64,000 nucleotides of DNA from Candidatus Cloacimonadales bacterium. GTDB lineage: Bacteria; Cloacimonadota; Cloacimonadia; Cloacimonadales; JAFGVF01. This document shows, one piece after another, positions 33,301-48,300 of this stretch (position 1 is its first letter; each line of letters opens with the position of its first letter). A program made the position numbers and the translations under genes. The stretch is taken from assembly GCA_963678315.1 (NCBI GenBank), contig OY782781.1, forward strand, positions 2,624,001 to 2,688,000, in the 5' to 3' direction. The notes beneath the pieces were generated by a model that saw nothing but the letters and a program-made list of their open reading frames with translations, did not search any database and had not been told where the DNA came from.

Positions 33301-36300
33301 TATTACTTGTTGGAGTATTTTCAAATTCACCATCAATCATATTTCTTGATAATACTTCTTCAACATCAATACTAAATAATAAATCTTCACCTTGAGTATT
33401 ACTGATTACTAAGTTATCAGATATAACTTCCCCACTTGCAAGTTCTTGATTTATTGCATAACTATCGATTAATATAGATGGAGCTAATAAACCTTCACCC
33501 TCTAAACTAATTCCGATAGTTTCTTGTCCTGGAGCATTAGTAATTAAACTTAGTGTTCCAGAATAAAGAGTCTCTTCTGTAGGTAAGAAATTTACGACTA
33601 ATCTTCTAGATTCATTTGCAGGAATATAAAAACTACTTTGTTGAGGAATAAAGATGCTTGGCTGGTCACAACTAATTGAAGATATATCCAAGTAATCTGT
33701 TCCATTATTTGTAATCAATACTGAGCATGTATCAACACTATTGACATAACCATTGTCAAAAATCATATCCTGACTTGTAATTTCAATACTTGGGATACCT
33801 GTTACTTCAATATTAATTGGTAAATAGATTATAGGTTCATCTGGATCATTAGAATTTACACTTACATCTATATTATAAGTACCACCTATTAATCCATTTC
33901 CATCGACACTGACTTCTACATTTGAACTTTCTCCTCCAAGGCAAGAGCCATAATTTTGACTAAAGGTCAACCATTCTGGAATTGAGTTAATATCACTTTC
34001 TTCAAAATTGACCTGTCCATGCATATTACCATCTGTTTGATAAGCAGTCATATCATCCAAATCATTATTATCAAAGTTCCAATAGCCTACTAAGTTACTT
34101 TCCAAGCCAGTAAGCTTACAGTTCATTCTGTTTTGAATTAAATTAAAGTCTAAAGCAGAAGACCATATTCTAAATTCATCTAAGAATCCATCGAAACGGT
34201 ACCAATAATTGCTGCTTGCAGATAACTTACCCAATATCCATTGAGATTGGTTTCCGTTAAAGTCAGTAACTTCTCTTTCTAAGGTCTTTTGGCCGTCTAA
34301 GAAAGCTGATAACTGATTGTTGCTATAGCTAATTGCTAAGTGATACCATTGATCTAATTCAATATTATCAGAAATATTATAATTCCTAATCTGTCCATTA
34401 TTCAAGGAAACATTTAGATTCTTATTAAGACCTTGAGTATAAACACCAAAGAAACCAATATCAGATGTATTGGACTTAGATATTAGATACTGTGTTCCTC
34501 CATTAGCAATATTACCATTTGATAATTGACCTAAATGAGAATCTACTTTGAACCAAAATTCTAAAGCGAATTCTCCACCATTCAATTGAATAGCTGGTCT
34601 ATTATCTATGGTAACAAAGTCTGCTTCACTTCTAGTGAAACCATGTGTTCTCAATGAATTACCAAAGTTAGAATCAATACTCCATAATAACTCATTATCA
34701 TCTGGGTTAGACAGGGTAATTTCTTGATTGAATGACTGTCCACTATTCATTTGAATATCCAAGCTATTTGGATTTAAAGAAACTTGCGGAGCAATTACAC
34801 CATTACCTATCAAGTTTATCACCTTCATTGGTTCATTGTCAGCATTACTTGTAATTATTAAATTATCAGTGTAGTTCGTATTTGTTGTTGGTAAGAACTC
34901 TACCCCTATTGTTATATTTTCATTTGAGCCAATTTGAATACCAGAATAATTATTATCTAAAGTATAAACATTGTTACTTACTGAGATATTATCTATTGTA
35001 AGGTTTGCAGGACCGACATTGGAAACTGTCACATATTTAGTTTCTGGAACAATAGTGTAAGTATCCTCAAAGATTAATGTTTCTTCTGACACTTGTATAT
35101 ATGGTACATTAGCGATTCCAGCACCAGACAAAGTAATAATTGTTACAGAGTTATTAGCAGAATTACTTTGAATAGACATAGTTCCAGAATATTCATCAAT
35201 TGAAGTTGGATTAAACATTACCTCTAGATCATAGCAATTATTGTAAGGAATGACAATAACATCATTCATTGCTGTGAAATTACTATTACTAAAAGTAATA
35301 TCATCAATCACTAAATCAGAATGACCCTGGTTGCTAATTCTCAAGGTTAGCACTTTGTTTTCACCACTTAAAACCATTCCGAAGTCTAATTCATCGACAT
35401 TTACTGCAATCTCTGAATCATAATCTTTAACTAGGAAATCTCTTTCAAAACTTGTTTGTTGTAAATTTGAGTTTGAATCAAAAACAAGCGTCCTTAATAT
35501 ATAGCTACCTGGACTAAACTGTTCTGCAATATCCAAAGTCTCAATAAAAGCATCATTTTGTGTGTTATATATTGTAAGACTTCTTGATGCGCTAGATACT
35601 AATATGTTGTTAGGATCAAAGATGCTAGTTTCTACTCTAATATCTTGGTTAGATAAATTACTATCAATTTCTTCTGTCACAGAAACTATTGCACCTGGAT
35701 AATATGAATCTTTATCCATCTCAATATACCTAATAGAAGCATTTAATGCAGCATCATTGTAACTTAACTGTCCCCAATCAACAATAATATTGTTACCCAC
35801 AAAATCATTATCTACAATAATCGTTACATTATTGACTAGTGTACTTGTAAGTATCTCAGGATCAATATCAAAGATAGTTGTTGACCAACTATCACTCATT
35901 CCAAGTAATCTTCCAATCTCATGACCATTAAATTTAACAATATGATTACCACCATTGTTACTTTGCACATTATATGCTCTTATTAGTAATGTAGCAGATT
36001 CTGGATTTGGATTATTGGAGTGAATTAAGAAATCAACTGGAGCATTTTGGCTATTATAACCAATCTCGACATCAAGGTCATTATCGGATTCTTCTTGACC
36101 ATGATTACCAAAATTATCGTAGGTTGTAAAGTTATAAATCTCCTTAAATATATTTATATTGTAAGTTACGGACTCATTGTTTGGGTCATTACTTGAAAGT
36201 TGGAATGAACCTTGATTCAAACCTGTATCCAAGCTTGTTCCATTAACAGTTATTAGTACATGTAATGAATCACCAGGATCTATCTGTCCCATAAATGGTG

Positions 36301-39300
36301 AGAAACTTAGCCAGGATTCATTAGCATCTAAATTATAGTTTAATTCAGAAGTACCACTGTTGAATAGTGTTATAGAACTGTTAACCAAATTGTTACCTAA
36401 AGTATATATCTCAGAATCATCATATTCTACAGACATTTCAGGAGGTTCTATACTATTAGCTGTTAGGTTAACTGAGTAAGGGTTGTTATTGAAATCATTA
36501 GAGTAGATACTGAGTACAGAATTATCAACACCTGAAACAACTGGTACATATTCTACATTAACAATTCTATTTTGATTTGCAGGTATTGTGAAAGTAGTAA
36601 AGTTAACACTGAAGGAATTACTTGATGATGTAATGTTATTTATTACTAAGTCATTCTCTCCATGGTTATAAATAGTTAATGGTAATATTTTTGAGGTAGC
36701 TACATATACATCCCCAAAATCTATATTTTGAGTATTACAACTTATTTCAGGAAGTCCTTCAACGGTTAGATTGACATTTAAATCATACACACTTCCCATA
36801 GTACCATTGTGATCAAATCTAAGACTACCATTGTAATCTCCAGCTGATAAATCTGCAGCATTGAATGTTAAATCAAGGTCTATAAACTGACCAGCTTCCA
36901 AAAGACCATTCATAGTGCTTACTTCAATCCATTCAGATGAACTAAATGGATTTACATTCCAAACTAAAGGAGCAGTACCATCATTAGCAATTCTAACACT
37001 ACTATAATATAGTTCTCCAACAGCAACAGTTGCTTCAATTGTTTCAGGTAACAATGCACATATAGGTTCTGCAATAAGTTCTATAGTGAAGGTATCAGTT
37101 ACACTCTGCCCAGTATTAGTATAAGCAGTTACATTTCCAATTCCTGTTCCAACCATAGATCCATCTGTTTCAATAGTTATCACATCCCCAGATATGGTAT
37201 TGCTAACAATAGTACTAGCAATATAACCAGAGAACTCAGCTTCGTATGATATAATATCACTATCGACATCACTAAAGACATTAGATAGATTAATTATACC
37301 GCTATCACCAAATGGCCCAGAGCTCATACCAAACCAAGTAATAGGATTAGCAACTATCGGTTCATCATCAACAGGAGAAACAACTACCAAAACTTCTTGG
37401 GTATCGACGTCTCTCAACTCTCGACTATCAATATGGTCATCTAAATAGAATTCAACTATTTCAGAACCATACCAGTTTTCTGGAGCACTAAATGTAACTA
37501 GATTATTTTCATTTATAGTAATGTTAATTGAATCATTACCTGTAACTGTTAATTCTAGATCTGCATCTGGATTATTATCTTCCATATACGGATTAAAATC
37601 TAACGCCATTGCAGTATCTTCATCAAAGCTAATAGTGTCTGGAATTGTTAAAACTGGAGGATAGTTTAAGTAGTTAACAGTTATGTAGTTTTCTTTAGTT
37701 TTAACTTGTGTAACATCATCATTGCTTACTGTTAAAGTTACTGTATAAAGACCAGATTCTTGATATGTATGAACTGGGTTTTCTTCGGTAGATGTTGTGC
37801 CATCTCCAAAATCCCAAAGATAAGAAGTTATGTTGCCATTAGATTGATTAGTAAACAGAACTTCTGTCCCTTCATAGATGTTAGTATTATTAGCAATAAA
37901 ATCAGCATTTAACATATTAGGATTTGTTGATATTACCAAGTCATCAATAAAGATTTCACTACTTGTAGTGATATCTCTTACCCTTATGATTAATTCAGTG
38001 ACAAATTCATTAATTTCAACTTCTCTTTGTCTATATATAGTATCTGCTGAATGGTCATTGCTTGGTGAATTACCAATATAGAAATTAGGTAATATTTCTC
38101 CATCTAATTTAATGTAACCACTTGATCCCCAATTACCATAAAGCTCCATTTCTTTATACCTAATATGGTCAATGTGAGTAGGACTATCAAAGACTATCCT
38201 CATATTAGTTCCAAAGTTCTCAAAAGCACTAGCTCCTTGGGTTGACCGTCCAAAACCAAAAGCATGGGCACTTCCAAAGTTGGTAATTTCTTTGATACCT
38301 GGGTAGTAATTAAAAGTTCCATTAGTAGCGATTTCAATCTGTTCATTTAAATCACCATTTTCAAAATCTTCACTTATTAAAAGAACTTCATCGAGAACTT
38401 GAATATAATCGTTCTTTATAACTTGATCTGATGAAATAATACTATTTATTGTCAGGCTAATACTATAGTTTCCAGCTTCAGAATAGGTATGAATCGGATT
38501 CTCTTCATTTGAAGTAGAACCATCACCAAAGTCCCAAAGATAAGAAGTTATATTAGCATTTGATTGATTAGTGAAGGTTATTTCTTGATTTATATATGAT
38601 AATGTATCTGAGGCAATAAAATCTGCTTCAAGCATATTAATTGTAACATCTTGATTATTAGACGCTTCTGATTCTCCAGTAGAATAAACAGCAGTCACAT
38701 AATATTGGTAATCACCATTATCTAGGTCTAAATCTGTATATGTTGTATCACTTGTGGAAGCTATTTCTATAGAATCTCGGTAAATTTTGTACTCAGTGAA
38801 ATTAGCTATTCCTGCCATGTCGGTCCAAGTCAAGTTAACATTTGATTCATTTATTGAAGTTACAACATTGGTTGGAGCAAATAAAGGGACAGGAAACTGA
38901 ACATCCCAAATCCTGAAAGTTGGATCTTCTTTGAACAGTTCTATACTATTACCTTCAGCATTACATAAATAGGTTACAGAAGGATTATCTCCATCAAAAA
39001 GATGATATATAACATCACCTTGGAAATTTAGATAATTTGCAAACATGCTCTTATAAGAACCTGACGTTTCGTGTAATACATGAACTGAGTTATCGCTTAA
39101 ATCAATATACTTTAAATCATTATTACCAGTATAAGAATTGTCTGTTTCAATAAATAGTACTTTAGTTCCATCTGGACTGAATAGTGGACGATAATCTGAC
39201 TTACCATTGGAAGGATATATGTTTGTATCTGTCCCATTAATATTATCTCTTATGTATATATTTCGACTTGGTGACCAGTTCCCATAGTCAAAAATATATA

Positions 39301-42300
39301 CTAATTGATTTGAATTCATACGATTCATGTTTGGAGCTAAGTCTTTATCATTAACATGATCAATAAAGCTCTGATTATTATTACCATCAATATCAATAAT
39401 TTTTATAATATCTTCTGATGAAGAAACACCTGTTCTATAGATAATTCTTTGATTATCATTGTGCCAAGTCATTAAACCAATATTAATATTTGATATTATT
39501 ACTGTATCATTCGAGCCATCAGCATCACAAACGTGCAGTGAAGAGTTTGTAGCTCCTGTAGTATAAGACTTATATGCTATCTTTGAATAATCAGGTGACC
39601 AACATGGACTGTATGAGTTATCCAGACTATATGTTAATTGAATATCATTTGCAAAAGTAGCATCTGATTTAAAGACTTGATAAATTCCATTAACCTTTTT
39701 AGAGTATAAGAAAATAGCATCTTCAGGATTATCTATATTAGATTCAACTATTACATAACCGCTTTTAGTCATGTTTGATTCATTAGTACCATCTTTGATA
39801 GTTAATGAAACTGAATAGATACCTGGTCTACTATATTCCCAAACTGGGTTTTGCTCTGTTGAATCAATTTCTCCATCATTTTCAAAATCCCACTCCCAAG
39901 AAGTAATATTACCAATTGATTGATCAGTGAAAGTTAGTTCTGTTCCATAAACAACAGTTTCATTATCTACTATGAAATCTGCAACGAAAGTAATTGGAGG
40001 TTCATAACCACCCTCTTGATATAGTTCTGTAACATCAGATTCAGATAAAGGTCTGTTATAGATTCTTATATCATCTAGTTTACCTTGGAAATACCTATCA
40101 TCGTAATTACCATCACCATCGTTTCTACCAATTTCTAAATATCTATTAGTGTTGTTAATTGAGAGTCCTTCCCATATTTCCTCAACTTCAAACTCACCGT
40201 TAACAAATAATTGAGCATAATTATTTTCTGCGTTATAAATACAAACAACATGGTACCAGTTATCTACCTCAGCAATTGTATTTGATCTAATGTCAAAATG
40301 ACTTCCTTGTCCATCTGAAGCATGAAATCTAAACTTACCAGTAGCTAGTAATTCAAAAGCATATTGATCATCAGAACTACCCGATGGACCCCATTTATGA
40401 ACAAGTCCTTGATAACCATAAACCCCACTAACCCTAGTTGGATAAACCCATGCATTAATAGTAATACTGTTCTGACCATTAATATTCAATGAATTAGAGT
40501 TATTTACTTTTAACCAGCTTGATGAACCATTAAATTCAAGAGCCCTATTATCTATTCCAAATCTATCTATAGTAGGAGTTGCCCCATAATTGCTACCGTT
40601 ATTATTATAACCTGAGATATCTGCAAGATCTCCATTATTGAAAGGATAATAAGCTATCAATCCATAATCTAATTGACTAAGAATATTGATATATTCCGTT
40701 TTAGTAACAACATCTTCATTTTCAACATTCGATATCTGAAGAGTTACTGTATATCTACCAATATTAGTATATATATGACTTGGATTCTCTTCATCTGAAG
40801 TAGAACCATCACCAAAGTCCCAAAGATAAGAAGTTATATTACCATTTGATTGATTAGTGAAGGTTATTTCTTGATTTATATATGATAATGTATCTGAGGC
40901 AATAAAATCTGCGTCTAGCATATTAATTGTAACATCTTGACTATTAGATGCTTCTGATTCTCCTGTAGAATAAACAGCAGTCACATAGTATTGGTAATCA
41001 CCATTATCTAAGGCTGAATCAGTGTAGGTTGTATCTGTAGTAGATGCTATTTCAAGAGTATCTCGATATACTTTGTATGATTGATGCTCATCAAATATAC
41101 TTAAGTTTGACCATGAGAGTAAAACATCACTATTGTCTACAGTTGCTGTTAAATTTGTTGGAGCATAGAGATAATCTGAATATCCATCTTCTAAGCTGAG
41201 ATGAGGATAGTCATTGTTTACTGCTACCCATATATCATCTGTGCCATTATCACTTTCATTAACGAAATCCCATCCTGCATTTAGATAAGTATTTATATCC
41301 TGCATCTGGGCTGTTGTTAAGCCAGTTCCACCACCTGCACTACTTGCTTGGCCTGTAGTTTCAGTATCCCAGAAACTGTTTGAGATGGAAGAAGATGAAT
41401 TACGTCCTACCAAACCTCCGATATTAACTGAACCTGAAACACTACCTGTAGCATAAGAGTTTAAGATGGTAGAAGAATAATTTGATCCAACCAGACCACC
41501 AACTTTCTCTGAACCTGAAACTGTTCCAGTGGCATAAGAGTTTGAGATTGAGGAGGAATAGCCATTAAATCCAACCAAGCCTCCGACAGTAACATCCATA
41601 CTTGATACTGCTACAGAAGCATAAGAACTTAAGATAGTTGAGTTAGAATAATTACTTCCTACCAAACCTCCCACTGCAACCCCCATTCCTATAACTTCTC
41701 CAGTTGCACATGAGCTTGAAACATGAGAAGAATTAGAGTTTAATCCCAGTAAACCACCTACAGCATTTGAACCTAAAATATTTACATTAATTAAAGAAAT
41801 ATTATCAAGATTAGCTTGAGTAGTACATCCAAACAGACCAATTTGGCTAGTTGAAGGTCTATTAATATAGAGATTGGATATAATATAATTTTGACCGTTA
41901 TAAGATCCTGTAAAGCGTCTATTATCATTATCATTTAAATAATCACCAATAGGAGAAAAACCTGCTCCATTATTCCAGTTTTGGGTATCTGTAGCATCTA
42001 TGTCTGCTGTTTGAATGAAGTGATAGTTTTGATTCCATAGTTCAGGAGTCTCACTCAAGAACCTTAAATCTACTAGAGACGATATTTGGTATGGGGATTC
42101 TTCAGTACCTTGTCCAGCTAAAGCAAACTCTTCAATAGTAACTGAAACAATGTTAGATGCTTCTGATTCTCCAGTAGAATAAACAGCAGTCACATAATAT
42201 TGGTAATCTCCATTATTTAAATCTAAATCTGTATATGTTGTATCACTTGTGGAAGCTATTTCTATAGAATCTCTATACACTTTATAAGATTGCAAGTTAG

Positions 42301-45300
42301 TTAGCATACTTAAGTTTGACCATGATAATTGAACTTGATTATTTTCTACACTTGCACTTAAGTTTGTTGGAGAATAAAGATTTCCTTCCCACCCATTTTC
42401 ATGATAAAGACTAAGCATTTCTTCTTCATCTATGACTGTGTTATAAAATCTGATGTCATCTATACATCCAACAAATGGACTACGCATGCCGTGACTAGAA
42501 TTATTATTAGCACCTATTGCAAAAGTTCTTGTATTTAAATTATTTATTGTTGAAACTGTCTCATCAATAATGTTATTATCAAACTCACCATCAATATAAA
42601 GTTCTAACATATTTGAATCCGCATTTCTAAGATAAACAATATTATGCCAATAATTATCATTAACAATAATACTAGATTCAAGAGCTATATCATTGTGGTT
42701 GTCATCTCGTAAATAAACTTGTAATTTCCCGTCATTAAGTATTTTATAGGAAAATTCTTGATGATTTGATTGCTCAAAACCTGCTATGTAAAGACCTAGA
42801 CTCTCTATTCCGCATTTAATCCACATACTAACACTAAATGAATCATTTTGATTGTAGATAGGAGCTAAAGTTGTAGATATAAAATCTGTTCCATCAAAAC
42901 TAAAAGCAGAGTTTTCTTGGTTAAATCTATTAGTACAAGCACTTGCTCCATTATTAAGTCCATTTAAATTATTACCACTTAAATCATTGACATTACCATC
43001 TAAAGGATAATATGCAACTAAAGGAGATTCAGCAACATTAAATGACCACACCGTTGCTAGACTGTCTGCAGTTTCACCTGTAGTATTTCTGCAGACTACC
43101 TTCCAGTTGTAAGTTGAACCAGGATTTAAGTCTGAGATACTATACTCTTCCACTGCTTCAACATTATCAAGAAGTTTTGCCATCTCTCGCCCACCTGATT
43201 CACCAAACCAAAGATCTATTGTCTCGGTATAATCAGCATTTCCCCATGTCAGTGTCACTGATGTAGAATCTATCTGACTACTATTAGCAGGATAAGGATT
43301 AACTGCTGCTAAAGGAAGTGGAGATATTATAGGAGTTGCAGTTAAGTTGATTGTATAATCAATTGCTTGAGGACTTGGGTAAGTTGATATAATCAAGAAG
43401 TAAGTACCAGCTGGTAAAGCTTCTGCTGTGTATGTTAAGGTAGTAGATGAAGTAGTTTTTTGAATTTCAACTGCAGCAGGAGTTGCTGCATTTGGTTCGT
43501 CTGCAAGAATAAATGCTCCCATCCAAGAACCTGTTGTAACTATTGTACCATCAAGAGTTACATCTGTAGCAAGAGTGAATTGATAAACAACATCGTCACC
43601 ATTAAGATAATTTGAATTAGGAGAAATCATATTAGAACTATAATCATCACCAAAGTCACCTGTGTTTCCTGCTACATCAACAGCAGGAAAAGTTAATACT
43701 AAAGGATCGTAACATATTGAACCTGTAGGAGGGACAAAACCATTACCAGTTAAATTAACAGTATAAGTGCCGATTTGAGTATTATCTGTAATTATTAATG
43801 TAGCTGTTTTGTCCCCTGCAGAAGTAGGGCTAAATGTAACATTTAATTCAACCATTTCATTTGCTAAAAGAGTATCTGGCAGAGTAATACCATCAAAAGT
43901 AAACATTCCAGCATCACTTCCAGAAATTTCAACATTGCTAACTATTAGCTCACCAGTACCAACATTCGAAAAGTTAAATGATTGAGTAATAGAAGTTACA
44001 CCAACATTAACTTCACCAAAAGCTAATTCTGTTTCAGTAACTTGACCGATAGGTTCTTGAGGGATAGCTTCGAAAGCAATATCATCAAGATATACAAAAT
44101 CATTAATTCCACCGAAGATAGGTCTAAATACTAATCTTTTGTTAGTCATGCTAGTATCAAATTCATAGATAAATTGTGTATAAGTTAATGGCACATCTAT
44201 TGTGTCAATAGCTGTTAATACATCCATACTTGCATCGTAGAGAGCAAATATTAATTGACCTTCAGTATCACCTTTCATCCAGAATTTAGCTCTGTTTCCA
44301 TTAAAGTCAGGGACTATTACAGGAGAAATAAGCATCATATCTGCATCTTGGTCACTAGAATCATAGAATTCTATTGATTTAGAACCAGTGTGGGCATTTG
44401 TTGGGCTAGTATCTACAGTGATTGCAGCATAAGATGAAGTTGTTTGGATATTATTTTCCCATCCAATGAAAGAATCATTTTCTTCAAAACTATTAGTATA
44501 TGGTAAACCTTCAGCATAGATATTTGTATCTATTGAGTTACCAACAATAGCAACAGTATGAACTGCACGTTGGTCATCTGTAATTTCGATAGTTGCAGTA
44601 TGGTCACCTAATGTCTCAGGACTAAAAGCAAGAGTGAATGATAAGATTTCACCAGTTGATAATGTGTCAGGGTAAGTATTACCATCAACTAAATCAAATT
44701 CTACTGCATTAGTACCTGTAAGTGCAACGCTTGCAATTACAAGATCACCATGACCTAAGTTACTTACAGTTACAGTTTGAGGATCACTAGCTGTATCCAT
44801 AACTTGATTAGCAAATGTAAGAGTATCTGCACTTACACTGAATACAGGTTCTTGTGCAACTTCTTGGAAATTAAAACCACTTACAGGGATATAAGCTTTA
44901 AGAGAGCCTTGAGGTACTGTTGCCCATGTTTGGTCTTGTGCATCATAGTAATCAGAGTCGTATATAGATCTATTACCTTCAACTGGGTATGTATAGAAGT
45001 CATCACTATATGAATGAGAACCTGAACTTGTTTCGAAAACACAAACAACAAGGTTGTCAACGTTGTTGTAAATAAATGGTGTATCTAAAACAAGATTAAC
45101 TATTGGAACATCAGTAGTAGTTTCTAATTGACCATCATAAACTTGAGTTAATCCAGTAATAACCCAATCATAAGAATCTGAGAATGTTTCTTTATTTGTA
45201 TGACCCATATAAATAACAACATTATCAGTCCATGCAGAATTATTGTCATAAAGATATGATATATCAGTAATTGAGTGATTATCAATATCTAATTCAGATT

Positions 45301-48300
45301 GATAGTAAATTGATTGAGATACATAATATGAATATCCTGCATCAATTGGTAAAGCAGGATAAGTTCCTCTATCACCATCAAAAACTAGATCGGCTGTAGG
45401 GAATGGATTAGCAAGAGTCTCAAATTGCCAAGTTTCCACTCCTTCAGTAGCTGAACCAAGAATGTTGTAAGGAATGACTTTCCAATAATATCTTGTGCCA
45501 TAATCTAAATTAGAATATGTATAAGAGTTAGTAGTAACATCTACTGCAGTTAGACCCGCAAATGTTTGGTCTGTTGAAAGGTATACATTGTAACCTGATG
45601 CACCCATAGCTTCTTCCCATTCAAGACTACCAGTTCTAGCAATATCAGTTCCTAAACTATTAGGAGAAAGGTATTGAACAGCATCAGGAACAACACCGAT
45701 AGTAGTAAATGACCAAGTTGCTACTGAATCAGCAGGAGTTTGACCGCTAAGGTTTTTACAAACAACTTTCCATTCATACTCTGTGTCAGCAAACAAATTC
45801 ATAGCAGAATATTCTTCTGTTGCAACAATATCTTCTTCAACAAGAACCATATTACCAGCTTGACCGAAATAGATATCATTCATTGTTGTCCACTCAGCAT
45901 TAGTCCATTGTAAAGTAACAGTAGTAAGTTGTTCCACAGCATCATCTTCTGGAGTTGGAGCAGTTGCTTGCATTGGTGCAGGGATATCTTCTAAATCAAT
46001 TTGTACTTGATAGTCTCCAGATGCAGTACCATAACCAGCAACAACTATATAGTAATCACCAGCTTGGGCAAGCGATTGGTTCATTTTTGACCAAAGGCCT
46101 CTATCTCTTGTTTTTGGACCTTCAACAAATCTTCCACCTGTACCAGCATCAGTTTCATCATCATTATAATACCATGCATCTTCATTTTGAGTTGCTTCTT
46201 CTATTTGAGTAAGTGAGTTGAATACCCACATTTTTGTATCGAAAGGAGAATCAAGTAATGATATTGTCATCAATCTATCAGTTTCTAAAGTAAGCCTATA
46301 AACAACGTCTTGTGAAGTTGTAAAGTCATAATCTGAATTATATATTGTTGTAGTACCTTCTGCATAAATTGAATCAGCATAAGTTAATACAAATGGGTCA
46401 TTATGTGTATCACCTATATCATCAAGTACTTCACAGGTAATTGGAATAGTATGAATTATTGGTAAAAATGGGTTACCTGGATTTTGTTCTTTAATAACTA
46501 AAGTAGATTCGTGGTCACCAATATATGATGTTAAACCTCTAGGGTAAACAATAATACTTGAACCTGGTTCAAGTGAGTATGGTAATGTTTCTTCATAAAG
46601 AACTTCGAAGTTATTGTCATCACCAACTGAGATTTCAGTAATTAGGGCTTCAGCTGCACCTGTATTTGTGATTGTTACCAGAACTGAATCAGCAACAACT
46701 TCATTTTGTAAGTATAAACCACAATCAACAGAATCTGGTACGAATGATATTTGAGAACCTTCAGGAACTTCTTCAATTAATATATCATCAAGATAAACAT
46801 TATCATAAGTTCCATCAAAATTAATATCGAATACAATTTTATCATTAGAACGTGTTGGATCCATGTTTACAGCATATTCTGCAAAAGTAGATGTAAGCTC
46901 TAATGAGTCAAGTTCTGTTAATTCATCACTTGTGTTCAATCTTCCAAGTCTGATGTATCCATCACCTTTTGCCCAGAAACGGATTCTATAAGGATCTAAT
47001 TCAGGAACTATTGTTGGAGTAATTAATCTAACAAGTGAACCTGAGTCAGAATGGCTATATGCTTTATAACTGAAATCACCAGACTGAGAAGTTCCTTCAT
47101 TTCTTACCCCGTAAGCATCACCTGTAGAAGTAACTTCTGTTTCCCAACCTAGGAATTCGTCAGCAACTTCAAAACCTTGAGTATAATTACTTTCTAAAGT
47201 ATAAATAGTTGGATCTAAAGCATCACCAGTTAAAGCAATATTATAAGCATCACCTTGATCATGATTAATTACTAAAGTTGCTGAATGTGATCCAACTGTT
47301 GTAGGTTCATAAACAACATTAGCGATATATGAGAATCCAGGACCTATTGATGTAACAGCATTATCAGTGAATGAGAATTGTGTAGCATCAGTTCCAGTAA
47401 TTTCAACAGTTCCAACTTCAATTAATCCACCACCAATATTAGTAAGTGATACTACTTGAGAATCACTTTGGCTGTTTATAACATGAGTATCAAAAGCTAA
47501 TGCTTCAGTGTTAATAACAGGTTCAGGTATTGTAGGAATTTCACCTAATGTAAAAGCTGTTACTGGAAGTTGTGATTTCAAAGTACCAGTAGGGAAGTTT
47601 CCAAATCCTAGAGCATAAGGATTTGTTCCATCAGCATGATAATGTAATGATCTATTATCCTCAATGCTAAAAGCATAAAATTCATCTGAACTTGTGTGAT
47701 ATCCTGATGTAGTTTCAAATATACAAACAACAAGATTATCAACATTATTGTAGATAAAAGGCATATCAAGTTCAAGAGTAACTAATGGATTATCAGCTGA
47801 AACAACCATGTCACCATTAAAAACTTCAGTTAATCCATCATTAAACCAATCACTTGTAGCATTAAAAGCAGTTGAACCAGTATGTCCCATATAGATAACT
47901 ACATTATCTGTAAAAGAACTATTTGGATTTTGATTAAATACATAAGTAATTTCTGTAATTGTTTGATCAACAATATTTAATTCAGATTGTAAATAAATAC
48001 TTTGAGTCAAAGAGTAACCATAAAATGGTTCAATAGGTAGACCTGTATTTGTTAAGTAGTCACCAGTAAGAACAACTTGGTCTTCACTAAATATAGTTGT
48101 TGTAAAAGTACCTTCATTTTCTATTTGTAATGCTGCAGATGTATTAATCGCAACAACTTTCCAATAATATGTTGTATTTAAATCTAAACCACTATAAGCA
48201 TAAGGTGATGTTGCACCTTCAACCATTGTAGCATCAGTAAAATCAGCATTGTCAGCTAAAATTAAATTTATACGATCTGTGTTTTCACCAATAGTCCATT

